From Takakia lepidozioides (lineage: Eukaryota > Plantae > Bryophyta), in contig CM060732.1 in assembly GCA_030704615.1 (NCBI GenBank), forward strand, positions 47,678,001-47,742,000: DNA of 64,000 nt, read 5' to 3'. Position 1 is the stretch's first letter. Each line of letters begins with the position of its first letter. Positions 51,070 through 64,000 of the stretch are shown in pieces. The position numbers were made by a program, and so were the translations under genes. The notes beneath the pieces were generated by a model. It made no database searches, was not told the DNA's origin, and saw nothing but the letters and a program-made list of their open reading frames with translations.

Positions 51070-52502
51070 ATGATGCTGCAGTCGGACCAGATAACCTGCT
51101 CGTGGAAGGTCTTGCTTCTTCTCCACTTGCTAACTACCCAAACAGCAGCCGCGGCCCATCTCTCTGGTAGTCTTGGCATACCTTACTTATATTTTTCCAT
51201 GTGGTCCTTCCTTGGCAGCTTCTACACATGTGAATGAATGCATGCCTGCACTTCAAATAGTATCTAGCTCGAAAGAACTTAGCTGACCAGAATCCGTTTA
51301 GAGTTCATACTTACAGTGGCAAATGTTGTACACTTGTACATCTGAAGTCTATAGATTATGCAGTGTCAGTCAGGCGGTCTGGACATACTTTTCACTATTC
51401 AAAGTGGATAAACGGACCTTATTTAATATTCGTACTTGTCTAGCTTGATGCGACACAAATGGTTTCTGCTGTAGCTAGTTCAGTCAGGAAAGTGACTTGA
51501 TACGATCGAGATTTAAGTCTGAAGAATGAATCTAAACAGTAAATTCTGATCTCCTCTAGGATCTGAGTTATAAATTTATATGGACCTCAAAATCAATGTC
51601 TAACTGTGAGAAGCTAATCTGTCTGAACAGGAAGGGCAACCAAGGTAAACGCTCACCAGGGAGCAGTTCAACGTGCTAGTGTCTACATTAAGGTAAAATT
51701 ATGTACATACTCCCAATCCCATCACTAACCTCGTCGTGAGTTCCCTCATCAGGTGTTTGCAACTCCTGAAGATGCATGTCAGCATGTAGCAGCTTGAACT
51801 GTTTCTCAGCATAGATCTATCCGCCAGCTAACTCATGCCCGCAAGATGGCACAAGGACAAGGCCGAGTCCAAACTTTCAGATTAAGATTGAGGTCTATAT
51901 ATATGTACAATATTTAGAGTTCACCTCGTTTTTCCTGGCAGGAGTTTGTGAACTCATTGTGTGGGGACCTTGAAACAGAGAATTTGTTTTTCTAAGTTAC
52001 TGTATAGATGTGGGGTCCCCATATGCCAGAATTGGTATCAAGATTACAAGTTGAAGTGGTCTCCAGAACCCGGCCCTCTTCAAGTGTCCCATGTCTGTTA
52101 ACAGTATTCAGCTCTAGAGACATTCTACTAATATTCCAGAGACAACCTGTGCAATCGTGAATTGAAAAAACTTCAAATTTTTAATCACTCGATGTATTCT
52201 TCTCGCAGAACCAAAACAATGTACATAAGTCGATTCATCGGCACATGCTCGGTTTGTCAGCGATGCGTCAATTCGAGAGCGAGAAGGTCCAGAGTGTAGT
52301 CAAGATTGGTTCACACCCACCTAACTGTCAAGACAAGTGCAGTTTGTGTTACCCATGTCAGGCAGTCCTGGTGCCCACACCTCAAGCCCACAGTTCCGTG
52401 CACTTCATCCCCAAGGAGGCCAAGTTTCATGCTGAAGATACCAACTACAACCCTGAAAGTTGGAAATGCAGATGTGGAAATCAATACTTCAACCCAGGCT
52501 AA
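51070..52502 (+). CDS. EPFL: EPF/EPFL-family secreted Cys-rich peptide, copy 2; exons 51070-51166, 51631-51644 (14-nt microexon), 52209-52502
   Basis: MMLQSDQITCSWKVLLLLHLLTTQTAAAAHLSG-RATK-NQNNV...IGSHPPNCQDKCSLCYPCQAVLVP...NYNPESWKCRCGNQYFNPG*; phases are consistent. An in-frame upstream ATG exists at 51022. Confidence 0.88.
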
Positions 52503-55271
52503 CCTAATTGATGATTCCTATCTGTTAACTAAGTTTTAGACTGATCTGCCAGTGCTCCCCATGAGAAATTGGGCACGGGGAATCCATGAATACGAGGCTT
52601 CAGAGCATGGAACACATGGAAGAAGTTCAACCTGCCTGCAGGCCTGCTGAACGACGAACGACGTGCACTAGGGAGAAGGACCCCAAGATTATGATCCCTA
52701 TCCCAGTTCTATAATTTATGATTCACAGTTAATTGTCTTGAAAAGATCTCCCAGCAGCCAGGTGTACCATTGCGTACTCTGTCCTGTACAGCATGTAGCA
52801 CCTGGTACGTTCGATTTAAGTCACGTATCATGGATTAATCTTGATCATCCAGTCACGGATACTCAAGGCGCATATTAGCCTGGGCACATCTCCCAGTCGA
52901 GTCGACTGATACACAGCTTGATCGGTTTCAGATGTACTCACACATCGAGCTGAAGTTTAGCTTTAATTCGACTAGTTTGTGACTACCATGTGAAGTTCAT
53001 TTCAAGTATTGAGATAGATCTCTCTAGAGTCCAGTATACTATATAGCTGTAGCATACCGTTGAGTACCTAGTATATGTGATTGTTACATTCATACACTCC
53101 CAGGTGGGGGCAGAACAACAGAACTTTTTTTGGTTTGCAGACTTAGTCATAGATCATAATTTAACTATACGGCCCGGCCTTCAAATATTTGTGGAGCAGG
53201 CTTCTGCTTGGCATCGATTGAACCCACTTCTGCCGATCCGTACCTCACAATTTAAGTCCGCTTCGATCGATAAGCATACTTGCATGGTCTTCACTTGGAC
53301 CTCTACTTACCAGTACTTATGCTGGTCTGATTGTATCCACCGAAGCCATTTGAACGTTGTTGACGTAAAGTGTCTGTCAACTGTTAGCTGACCATAGACC
53401 CACTACCAAAAGCTTCAACACTTTTATAGTCTAGAACTTGTACCTTCCTTTCTGCGTCCAGATCTAGGATTAGATCAGACTGAGTAACCCCACTCCAAAA
53501 AAATAGTCGATTCCAACCTGTGTAACTTCCTGGCTCGTAGATTTATGTGTTCAGATAGCTGTTCAGCTGACCAGCGTGTCTCGGGTGAATGCCGGCTAGA
53601 ATGCACCGATTCGTCATGCCAACGATTCCCAGAGCTCTATACTTTGTTTTTTCAATCTACTTCATAAGCTGTGATATGAACTGCCCACCTACTCACAACC
53701 TGTAGGATAGACTCAACATTTTACAACTGCATCCCGATGTTTCGCAAACTCACGCAACAGTCTGGTGATCGGAAAGGATTTTGAACACAACCCAACTGCA
53801 AAGTATTGCTTGCGAGCTATGACGATCAGAAGTATCTACAGCTCTGCGAACTCTACTGCAGATGGCTCCTGTTTTTGACAATGCAGCTACTGATATTCTA
53901 GATGAGTTTGTGGTGTACCTAGTCCAACGCTGTAACTGTGGACGGGTTACCCACCTCCATGGTGTCGCCCTCGCAGCATCTTGCCCTCTTCTCTCTCTTC
54001 TTCACGCACAAGCTTCACCTATCCATACCATGCAGACACCGGGGGGATTACTGTTAGCCCAAACTGCAGACTACAAAACCCGTTAGGAAAGCTGCTGAAG
54101 CGACAAGTTGACTCGCCCAAACCCTAACCCTAAGAAAGAGTTGAGTTGAGCTAGATGTGTGGAGGTGGGCAATGGCAGCGATCTTTGCACATACAGACCA
54201 TGGCTGCTTCCACAGGCATCCGTTGGACTCTCTTCTATCTCCCCCTCCCTCTTCCTCTCCAATTTTCTCGGGTACCTTTCAGGCCGATATTACCCACCCG
54301 TGATGTTTCTACTCAGAAAATGCTGGTGGAAAGCTTCAGCCATGCCATCCATGCCATCGACATCTTCCCCTCGCTCTTCCTCCTTTTTCGACTTATTCTG
54401 CACTCGCACATCGCTCGGAAATCTCCCCGATGTCACCTCTCTTGTATTCTTGCAAGCGTATTCTACACCGACCCTCGTGGGAAGACTCTGTTCGTCGGTC
54501 GTACTGTGAAGAATCGGCCGATTGCGCACTAGAGAATGGTAACATCCTGCAGGAAAGTGGTTCGATAGCGGGGTCTTGGTATCGGAATACTCTAGTGTAT
54601 CTCGCTGTGCGCTATTTCTTCAGCTCCAGAGCCAATCTATTGCAGTGATAGTCTCTTTCCACGATCATCTCTGTCTCAAAAGGTATTTTCAATGTTCTCT
54701 GGTTGATCCCTTTCATGCAGCCTTCAATTTCGTGAGAATTGGCCTTTTAATTCCCGCATAGGTACTCCCACAAATGTCTTCGGCATTAATTTTATCGAAT
54801 TAGACTTCCAGCTGTACCGTGTACTGATTGTTGGATCGAGTCTTGTTCTCAACCCGAGGGCGTGCCCTATCATGGTCGCTGTCAATTGAAGAAGAAATTT
54901 TACATGTCAAGATGTCCTTTTATAGGTACTCCAAAAACTCCAGGCGATCCCTTCATGTGGAGACAGCAGTGAGCAGTGACCAATCTGTGAAGTTATAATG
55001 CAAGTGAATGAGAAAATTTAGGACATAGCCACGCCTTCACCACGAAGAAGACTACTTCAATCACCGTTGCACATTGGCAGTGGCCAACCTGCACGAGCTA
55101 ACCACTAAGTAGCCCCAGGTTTGTTCGGAGTTTGTTGGACCTAAATTGCCCAACGCCTGGTTTCACTGTGGCTGCCAGTGACCTCACATGAATTCAAGTC
55201 TTGCAAAGTCCTAGTTCATCAGATGATGAGACGCCTAATCACCACTGTGTGAGAAGATAGGGAGAAGATAA

Positions 55272-58200
55272 ATGGCGAAGAAGGCTGGAGGAAAGGGTTC
55301 TGGGGAGCCAGATGAACTGGAGGTACTTAAGGCCAGCATCCTTGCAAAGGAGCTGGAGGTATTTACAGTAAGAGACAAGATGCGGCGGCTTGAAGACAAA
55401 ACTCACCTTATTGAACAGACCATGGTGGATTTCAATGCTGCAACAAAAGAAAGATTTGAGAAATTGACAGACATCATCAACTACTTGACCAGGTAAGGGT
55501 ATCCTAGTGTTACAAGATTTGACTTTTAAGGGGGATATGAAGGATATGCACGACATGGGCTTTCCCTGGTATGCAATGCACCTGTCAAATAGACCTTCTC
55601 AACCCTAGCTTGGCTGTCATGGATGTTATCCTCCCTCAGGGTAAAGTGCCTGAGTTTGCTCACACCCAGACAAGTAGAGGAAGATCTGCGCGCACTGGGT
55701 CAATAGATCTGACAGTCACCTTTGACTAAGATCCAGGTGCTGATTTTAAGATAAACTGATGGCCTTGCGTGGTTTTGGACAGTGAGGGGATCAGCAAAGA
55801 CAAAAGAATCAACCAACTAGAGCAAGACTTGGCTAAGGCAGAGCAAGACAAGAAAGATACAATTGAGAGATCCGCAAAAGAAATGAAGGACATGACAGGT
55901 GCTCATGAATTCGCACTGAACAGTATGAAGCTACAGTTGGAGGCTGCCACGGTTAAACTGCGGGAAATGCATGAATTCTCTCTGCGGAAAAAAGCAATGG
56001 AGGAAGAGCTTGCAGGGTACCATACCCTTCAACTTGTTCAATCCTCTATAAGAATCCCTAATTCACATGTTGTCAGTATTCTACAAAGTGATTGTGAAGG
56101 GTATTATTGGGCAATGATTTCCTTCCAACCTGTGACATCTGTCTTGGTAACAGGTGGGAGTATGCTATAGAAGACATTAGAAAACAACACTCGGTTGTTT
56201 AACCCAAGTTCAAATACTGAAATGGTTACTTCTGCTGTATAGATTGAAAGAGCAGATTCATAGGGAGCAGAGGGACCACGCAGAGGCAATTAGCGATGTA
56301 GAAAGGGTCTCAGTGCAAGATAAGGAACGGCTGAAGAAGGAGATACTGAAACGTGTAGAGGAAACCAAAAAGGAGATGATTAAAGTCATGGAGGAACAAC
56401 TCCACTCTGTACAGCTTCTTTCCATTCTTTGCTATGTCATGACAAGGCTTTCAAGGCTGTAATTAGTAATAGAAGCTGCAGGCCTTTAAAAACCTCCAAT
56501 ATTGAGAATGCGAAAATGACTGGATGTCATGTCAGAGTTTTTCAAAAGTACTGTGCAACCTCACTGGACTTTGGGCCCCTTGCTCTGTTGTGCTTGTGTG
56601 CTTCTAGTTCAATTCCAGTGCACCTTGGACAGACCTGGAGCTAACTTAGAATCTTTTCTAGACATGTTCCTGGAGCTTACAATGTGGTACAAGCCCGGAA
56701 AATCCAGTCAACCACAACTGCCTACGGTTCTTGGTTTGCATTTTGGAGTGAAGGGAGGCATATAGAGAGTCCTTTCCCCTTGCAATGACACTGATTGATT
56801 TCCATTCATGTGGCAGAAAACAAAGAAGACCATATCAGAGAATGAACAGTTACGGAAGGAGGTGGCATACCACACCCATCAGACGGACTTACTGATCCGT
56901 CAGAATGAGAAGCTGTTGGTAGACGCTAATGAACTCAACCGCGGCCTTATCCTTGGGAAAGAGGTCAGAGAGTACAATCCGACATGTTTGCAAAGCTATG
57001 ACTTCCACACTCACCCTCTACATTGTGGTATCGAGAGGGAGTGAGAGATTTACAGAAAGCTCGTTTTCAATTCCCAAGGTTTTTGACTGAGGGCTGTCAT
57101 CTGTGATATTTCAAAAAATAGGTACTCCATGTGATCTAGTGGTGCCAAGGCTAGATCCTATGGATGAGACTGATGCATTCTAAACTGGATGTTGGTGGTA
57201 ATGAAGCTAGAGGATGAGTTGGCACGGAGCAACCACATGTACCAAAAGACAACGCGCATCCTGGTCTTCAAGCTTCGTGGTACTTCCCTTCTTTATTCTA
57301 GCAGAGCCCCCCTTCCATGCTTCATGTCATCTGTCCATCACAGGCTCTTCATTGAATTGGGGTTGAGGTTTAGGGGAAAGTCTTCTTAGTTGGAAGACAA
57401 GGTCTTCGATATAGACTTTTGCTCACTGAAAGTACATAAGTTTGGACATCTTAGACCTGTGATTTGGGCTCCATTGTGTAAACAGAAAAACAGCTATCAA
57501 GTTCCCAGGAACAGAAGACTGAACAAGAGAAGAAAGATGAGGAGGACCTGAAGGAGCTCCTCAAACGCACAGAGCAGTTGAAAACTCCACCCCCAAGTGA
57601 CCACCAGGTCTAGCACACATCTCTCTCTCCCTCTTCCTCTGTCTCTCTCTTTGGCAAGATATTTTGCAGAGTTATAAGTACTCGTCTCGAGGTTGATCTG
57701 GAATCTAGAAGTTGTTTCCATGAAGGCCAAGCTGGCTTTCGGCGAAACAGGGGCTGTGTGGATCATATCTTCACTCTAAGCCAGATTATTCAGGGAAGGA
57801 AAAAAGAAGGGAAACCCACTTATGTTTTTTTCTTGGATGTCAAAAAGGCTTATGACACAGTGTGGTCTATGGCTCCGCCTCTGGTCTTGTGGGATCAAGG
57901 GAAAGATGTGTAGAGTTGTCCATAACTTGTATGCTCACACCAAAAGCTGTGTCACTGTTAATGGACAGAAGTCTAACTTCTTTGACATAGACCAAGGTGT
58001 AGCTCAAGGATGTACCCTCTCCCCTCTGCTCTTCAATGTTTCCATCAATCAACTCCTCGAGGATGTGGAAAGTGAGGGATTTGGGTTAAGGGTGGGTGAT
58101 GCCACCATTCCAGCCCTATGTTTGCGGATGACTTCGCAGGCATAGGGGAGACTCCTTCCAACCTCCAGGAATTGATTGATTGCGCGAAGAGATACTTTGA

Positions 58201-61200
58201 TCTTTGGGGGCTAGAGGCTAATGTCAGTAAATGTGCAGTGGTGGCATTGATCGACAGAGGAGAGGGAGGAAGTGATCTCAAGTGGCAGTGGGGTAGCCAA
58301 GAAATTCCGGTCCTCCCTTCCTACACATACCTGGGCGTTGAGTTGTCCTCCAACTGTAGCTGCGATGCACATATCCAGAAAGTTGTTCAAACTGGCAAGG
58401 GCAAAGCGCTGAGTCTCACGAAATTTTTCCACTGCAGAGGGATTAACTCTGAGGTCAAGAAAACCTTGCTTTGTCGCGTTATTAGACCTGCCTTGGAGTA
58501 CGCATCTGATATATGGGTTGATAACTCCAACCAGGCTAAGTCTCTAGAATCCATTCAAATGGGGGTGCTTAAGGAGTGCATGTCAGCATGCTCCAAAACA
58601 GCCAATGTGGCTGTTGGGGGTGAGTTTGGCATCCCTTCCTTAAGCTCCCGACGAAATGAATTCAAGGTCAGATGGTGGGGTCAGTTGCAACACGTGTCCA
58701 ACACCAGACATCCTAAGTTAATCGACTCTATATCTTGGAAACAGGACCGCCCTGTCAAACAGGCTAAGTCCTGGCAGAAGAGAATAGAAGAGATTCTCAA
58801 GGATCTGAATCTGGACCCGCAAGTCTTGACCCTGCTGGATAAATCTGACTTAGAGACTGTAGTGTCCAAAGCCATGTCTGTTACCAGGAAATTGTCTGAT
58901 GAAAATGAAGTTAGGCAGCACCTGTTTCCACTCTGTGACATGGGGAAGGACATCATGGATGACCTCAAGGGCCTACCCACTCTCGGCACCAGACTGAAAT
59001 TTAAACTCAGGGCAGGAAGCCTACCTTTGAACAGTAAACAGAAGCAGAGAGGAAAGGGAGAGTGCAATTGCCCGCTGTGTGGGCAACCCGAAGACAATAT
59101 TCATTTCCTGATTCACTGTCCGGGGTACTCTCACCAGAGAGGCGCTCTTCTCAAATCTATCAAGGGAATTGTGCCTGTACCTATGTTTACCAACTTTGAA
59201 AGTCTCAAGGCTGAGCCAAAAGCCCAGGCCCTTCTGGGGTGGCAGTTGATGTTTCGCCTGTCGCTCTCTGTTGTCCCATGGGTGGATGGTAAAGAGTGTC
59301 TTTCTTTCTCTGGAGGTACTGGAATGCTTCTTTTTCTCAAATCCAGACCTCCTGGGAAGTGGATGAGAGCAAGCCTAGTAAGGCCACAGATAAAATGTTA
59401 CTCAAAACTTAATGAACTGAATCCTGGCACAAATTCTAGTGTAGATCTTAACTTGGACTGCTGCAATACCTGTTAGGGTTACCTTATAATATTTGGATGA
59501 AATTGTCACTTCGTAGTACGGACATGCATTTAGATATGTAAATACGTGTAGGCTTTTGACTGCAACTGATATAGTAGACCATGTAAACTTGTGTATCGCT
59601 TAGCAGTGCACTGCGAGAAGGATGAAGGGAGTATCCCTGCATAGCATGGTTGCTGTGCACCATCTGATTTGAAGTTCTAGTCTACATTTTGGGTCTGAAT
59701 TGTTCATGCATGCTTGCACACCTATCTGGAGGTTGCACATATGCTCAACATAAATATTTGTCATATTTGTATGATGATTTAATTGACAAGTAATGCATTC
59801 CAGGTAGTGCAGTTCCTCATATGAAGTTTATCTCAATTATTAGGACATATTTCTTGGCAGATGAATGTCATATCTCAGTCCAGTCCAGGTGCAATATCGT
59901 CCTAAACCTCGGTTAGAGGCTTCGGTCTGCGTTTGGGATTCATTTCAGCAGAAGTTTTCCAAACAGTCCAATTTTTGTGGAGAGAGAAGAGAAGTTGGGG
60001 CATTTTAAAGTGCAGGTGGTTCTTTGCTTCTTTGCTTAGTACACAGCAGAGAAGGTGATTTTGTTTTTTGGTGAGAATCTGTTATATCTATTCAGCAAGA
60101 TTTCCCGCCACCCCACCTGTCTGTAGAGTATGACAAGAGTAGTTAGATCACTTAAAATGAAGGTAATTATCCGGAGTAATCTGGCTCTCAGGGTATCTTA
60201 CAATCATTACTATTCTTGTTATTTGCTGCTTTCCTTACAATATATCAGAGTTTACAAGTTCTCCTACCCAATGTGTATTCTGAGCAGAGGGGGCCACTGG
60301 ATGCCAAAGCAAGGGCTCGAGATGAGGCAATAAGGTTTCTCTATGCATGCCTGGAAGACGTTGAGTTGGAAAGAATTGCAAAAACACCTGTTGACAGTTT
60401 TACGCTCAGGTGCGCAGACCCCAACAAAGTAGACTGATTTAACTGTGATGGAAAGCATCTGTGTCGAGGAATCTTGAGTTTATCTAATAGTGGGTCAAAA
60501 TAAAGTGTTGGTGTTCACTTCTGTTTATCCACAGGCATGGTAATCGAAGGTCTTTCTAGGCTGATAGATCATGCCTACTGATCACTAGTTGAGGAAGGGC
60601 CATGAGCACAGCCCATAAGCTTTTGTCTGGAAGCCAGATGTGAATGATGTAGCATGCATGACAAGAGTACTTACCTCATTGGAAGTTTATTGTTGTGATA
60701 ACTAAGAAAATAACAAGCTGCTTTGCTTCAGCAGCCATGATTCGAGTTCCGCTGTGAAACCTGATCTGGCACTTGACCAGCTTAGCTTGAAACAACGCCA
60801 GGGTTTACTGAAGTGAGTCCACAACCCCAAATGAAATAAGTGGTGATCTTTATATTGCTCTGTATCCCTTTGGTCAGAAATGGATGGTGGGGTGTCTGAT
60901 TTGAAGTTTTGAAGCTGTTTGTTTCACCCATGTAGTTAGGGAGAGAAGAAAGTAGGCATTATGTAACTCGGAAAGCCCCAAAACATGGGACAAGAACACA
61001 TGTTAAAAATAGAATGCAAGAGAGTAACTAGTACTGCAATGGGGAACAGGAACTTGTTGCATCAAGCAGTATCGTTGCGATCAATGACAGACAATATGGT
61101 GGGGATGAGTGACTACAGACAATCACCCTACTCTGTTGGCAGCCATGCCTCAGCTAAAGGTATGCCTTATTATAACGGATACATGGATCTATATTCTCGA

Positions 61201-61397
61201 TTTGATTTGCTGAGCAAGCACACATTTCTGATCTTTATTAGTTTGTTTGTCACTGCTGCACTACCATAACCTCAGAATAAGTTATTGTTCTCACCTCTGT
61301 CTGCACTGCAAAAATTAACTAATTTCATGTGCAGTAGAGTTGTATTGGCTTGTCAATCGCTAATGGCTGTACAGGAGAGGAAGATGAAGATGTATGA
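55272..61397 (+). CDS. CFAP157: Coiled-coil cilia/flagella-associated protein, CFAP157-like, about 10 exons; last exon uncertain
   Basis: MAKKAGGKG.., KLTDIINYL, MHEFSLRKKAMEEEL, AISDVERVSVQDKERLKKEI, KTKKTISENEQL, LEDELARSNHMYQKT, LDQLSLKQRQGLL resemble CFAP157/C9orf117 as recalled; GT-AG phases are mostly consistent. Confidence 0.72.
57651..59300 (+). mobile_element. 5'-truncated non-LTR retrotransposon (LINE ORF2 RT plus C-terminal zinc knuckle, RTEX-like) in a CFAP157 intron
   Basis: GKIFCRVI..HEGQAGFR..GCVDHIFTL..FFLDVKKAYDTVW / QGVAQGCTLSPLLFN / FADD / YTYLGV / RPALEYASDIW / CPLCGQPEDNIHFLIHC; two frameshifts (about 57865 and 58115); endonuclease domain absent. Confidence 0.9.
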
Positions 61398-63237
61398 TGA
61401 AGAGTCGGTTCCGTCTTTGAATAGTGTGGGGAGATGGCCAATATTAAGGGTTCATACTGTATCTCTTCTATTTTAGCGATGTTATCTTATGGAAAGTAGA
61501 ACGTCCATCCATCTGTAAGCCAAGCAAGTTTATTGTGTATAAGCTTGTTTTGTAGGTGGAAAATCAAGAATACGAGTGGATGACATTTTGCAATGCCTGT
61601 GGAAGAAATGATGGAGGATGAGCCGGCAATTGATCTTGAAACCCAGCAATGAGAAGTGTACATTATCTTATGGCGCCAAAAGTGCCAACTAGCAACACAG
61701 TCCAGGGTGGTGCTATGTATTCTTCTCTCAAGTACCTATGATCATTAGATGTGGTTCCCTCCTTGATGTGAAGGGCACTCGCTGAACTATTTGAAGCAGT
61801 CTTTGTTGCTACAATTTCACTCAAGCACATCCACAAAGGCAGAGTTTACTGCAGGGAGTTGAGAGTGTGTTTTGGCACCTTCTGTTAAGTCTCTCTCAGT
61901 TGAGTGAGGCATGTATTATTTTGTCAAAGACTTCGGTATTCTAATGGGATTAGTAGAGCTGGGTGTGACTGCTGTGCATGTCAAATATATATGCACATCA
62001 TGGGGCATAGGAGCCAGGTACCACCAGAATCACTTGTTTCCCTTTACAGATCAAACTCCTTTGGTTAGAAAGGTTGCAATAGTTGGAATGTAAGAACGTC
62101 TGGTCATCACTTCAGGCCCCTTGCATGATGTCTTATGAGAAACTACTCTACCTTTGGCAATTACTATGATTTGCTTTGATCTATAGCTCTCATGAAGAGA
62201 ATAATATTCATATTTCTTTATTGTGTTTGTGTTTTGTCTTCAACTGCAAACCGCTTGAGCAACAATGAGACAAAGGACAAAAACTCCAGAGATTGCCTGA
62301 GTGTTGGTGGAACAATAGCAGTTTCTCAACATTCACACTCGTGAAAAAAACGGGGGGTGTGGTGTGATGAAGATGAATCAGATTTGGATCGGCAGTTAAT
62401 ATTATTCAATGTCACAGCACATAGTTGGTACTTAGAGTGATTTTGTCACATAGTTTGAAGCTATCTCAAACTTTAAATGTTTTAAGGAAGAAAAGATTGC
62501 ACGAAGCACAGGAGGTTAGGCTGGTTTGATTTGAACAGAATACTCTTTTACACTGTTCATATACCTGTTCATAGACAGCCATCGTGGAGGCGGGTTATGG
62601 ATGTGATGGCAACCCCGCATTGAGAGATGTGTACTGCGTTCAACCTGGCAGGATTAAGCCTCGAAGACCTCATGCTTCTTACATTTCGAAGAGAAATGCG
62701 GCTCTTCCATTGCCCTTCCAAGCTTTGATTGTACCTCAACTGATGTCTGGTGAGTCACTGAGTCGGGAGTGCCAATTTGGTCTCAAATTCTGTGTGGGGG
62801 GGGACAAAACATGGTGTGGGAGAATGTTGGTGGGAGCTCATGCCATTCAAAGGAGCATGTAAGTCTGGAACAAACAAGAGAGCAGGCAGTACTTTGGTGG
62901 GCATGTCCACATTCATAGACAAGAAAAGAGTTTCCACTGGGCTGAAGTACACGGGCACCTGGCATGTGGCTCTAACAACCCTCCATAAACAAATGGAAAC
63001 TTTTCATAGGAATACAAGAGACTGCAAGCAATGTGTACATCTATAACTCATAGCACAGGCCATGCAGGGTCCAGCTCCCACTTGATCTTCATCACTCCTC
63101 ATGCTGCTGGAGTTGACTGATTACATGTAGGAGGGTCATGAAGAACATAATGTCAACCATCAATTTTAGTATGAAAGGAACATGGGAGGGGAGTCCAGGG
63201 GAGCGCCGGATGCTTGGATACTGAGCTATTCGAAGTT

Positions 63238-63877
63238 CTAAGATTCACGCGGGTTCCCGTCTTCCTCAACCATCATGTCCGTCAGAGACAGCACTAACTC
63301 CCTCATTAACTTGCTGCAATTGCAAATGTGCAGAGGTTGCTGTATGTGAGGACATGATCAACAAATCCAGAAGTCATGGGGTCAGATCAGCTATCATGCC
63401 AAATGGAAGTATAGTTCAATGCTATTGTTTACACAGTAGCAACAAATCAAAACTTCTACTGTAGTAAGTTTGTGCTTCGGCGTGTGTCCTCCTCTTTCTT
63501 CTTTTCTGTGTTTAGGTTTGCACTGTCAATTGTGTTATGAAATTCTTTCCAGTGAGAGACATATAACTGTGAGAAGTAAATGAGCAGAGTGAATTGGGCA
63601 CCCCAACGCACCGAAGTTCACGAAGTTCACTACCAAATGCTTCAGAGAAGTGCTGAAGTTCTTTCTCTATCGCCTGTTTCAGCCAGTTAACCATCAGCTT
63701 CTGCAGATTCTTGTGAGAAAACCTAGCAGATCCTGTTTTGTTGTGCATGTCCATTACAGGTATAAGAGAGGTCAAACATCAAGGGAACATCAAGGGAACA
63801 CCTGTAATCTGGTGTTGCAAACTTCTCTTCGATGCCGTTCCTGAGCCAATTGCAATGCAACATCCTGACACACCACC
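63238..63877 (-). CDS. 3' exons of an unidentified gene continuing beyond the window (about 63877-63803, 63722-63612, 63313-63238)
   Basis: Three phase-2-compatible GT-AG exons give WCVRMLHCNWLRNGIEEKFATPDYRFSHKNLQKLMVNWLKQAIEKELQHFSEAFGSELRELRKLMRELVLSLTDMMVEEDGNPRES*. Confidence 0.6.
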
Positions 63878-64000
63878 TACAGAACACTTAGGAAGATCTT
63901 GATTTGTGTGAGAGAGGAGAGAACAGACGCAACAGTCTACCTTCCCAGCAATCTTTTCCTCTTTAACATCTCTACCCCATGCCTTTTGCACAATGATAAT

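Noticed and set aside
53860-54650. Possible small gene upstream of CFAP157
   Set aside because: Several short ORFs on both strands, but no coherent spliced model; it contains a telo-box (54119) and may be promoter or leader sequence.

Overview
Eukaryotic, intron-rich genomic DNA from a land plant. A CFAP157-like ciliary gene and an H2A.M-like histone point to a flagellated-sperm lineage, probably a bryophyte (inference). Gene models were assembled by hand from exon translations and GT/GC-AG boundaries. In order: UBE2W/UBC15-18-type E2 (-); THOC6/DWA1 WD40 protein (-); FCP1/NIF-like HAD protein with a long Trp-rich tandem-repeat tail (+); RLCK-VII-like pseudokinase (-); a repeat-rich intergenic block at about 20-28 kb (tRNA-like SINE head, 74-bp tandem repeat, palindrome cluster, pogo-like element, orphan cyclophilin exon); ARP5 (-) head-to-head with an H2A variant (+); a DUF1336/EDR2-C pseudogene (-); two tandem EPFL peptide genes sharing conserved non-coding blocks (+); CFAP157-like gene (+) carrying an RTEX-like LINE in an intron; and the 3' end of an unidentified gene (-). 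The best candidate for something undescribed is the HAD/FCP1-like protein fused to a GW/WG-rich repeat tail, a possible Argonaute-hook platform. All family assignments come from recalled motifs, not database searches.
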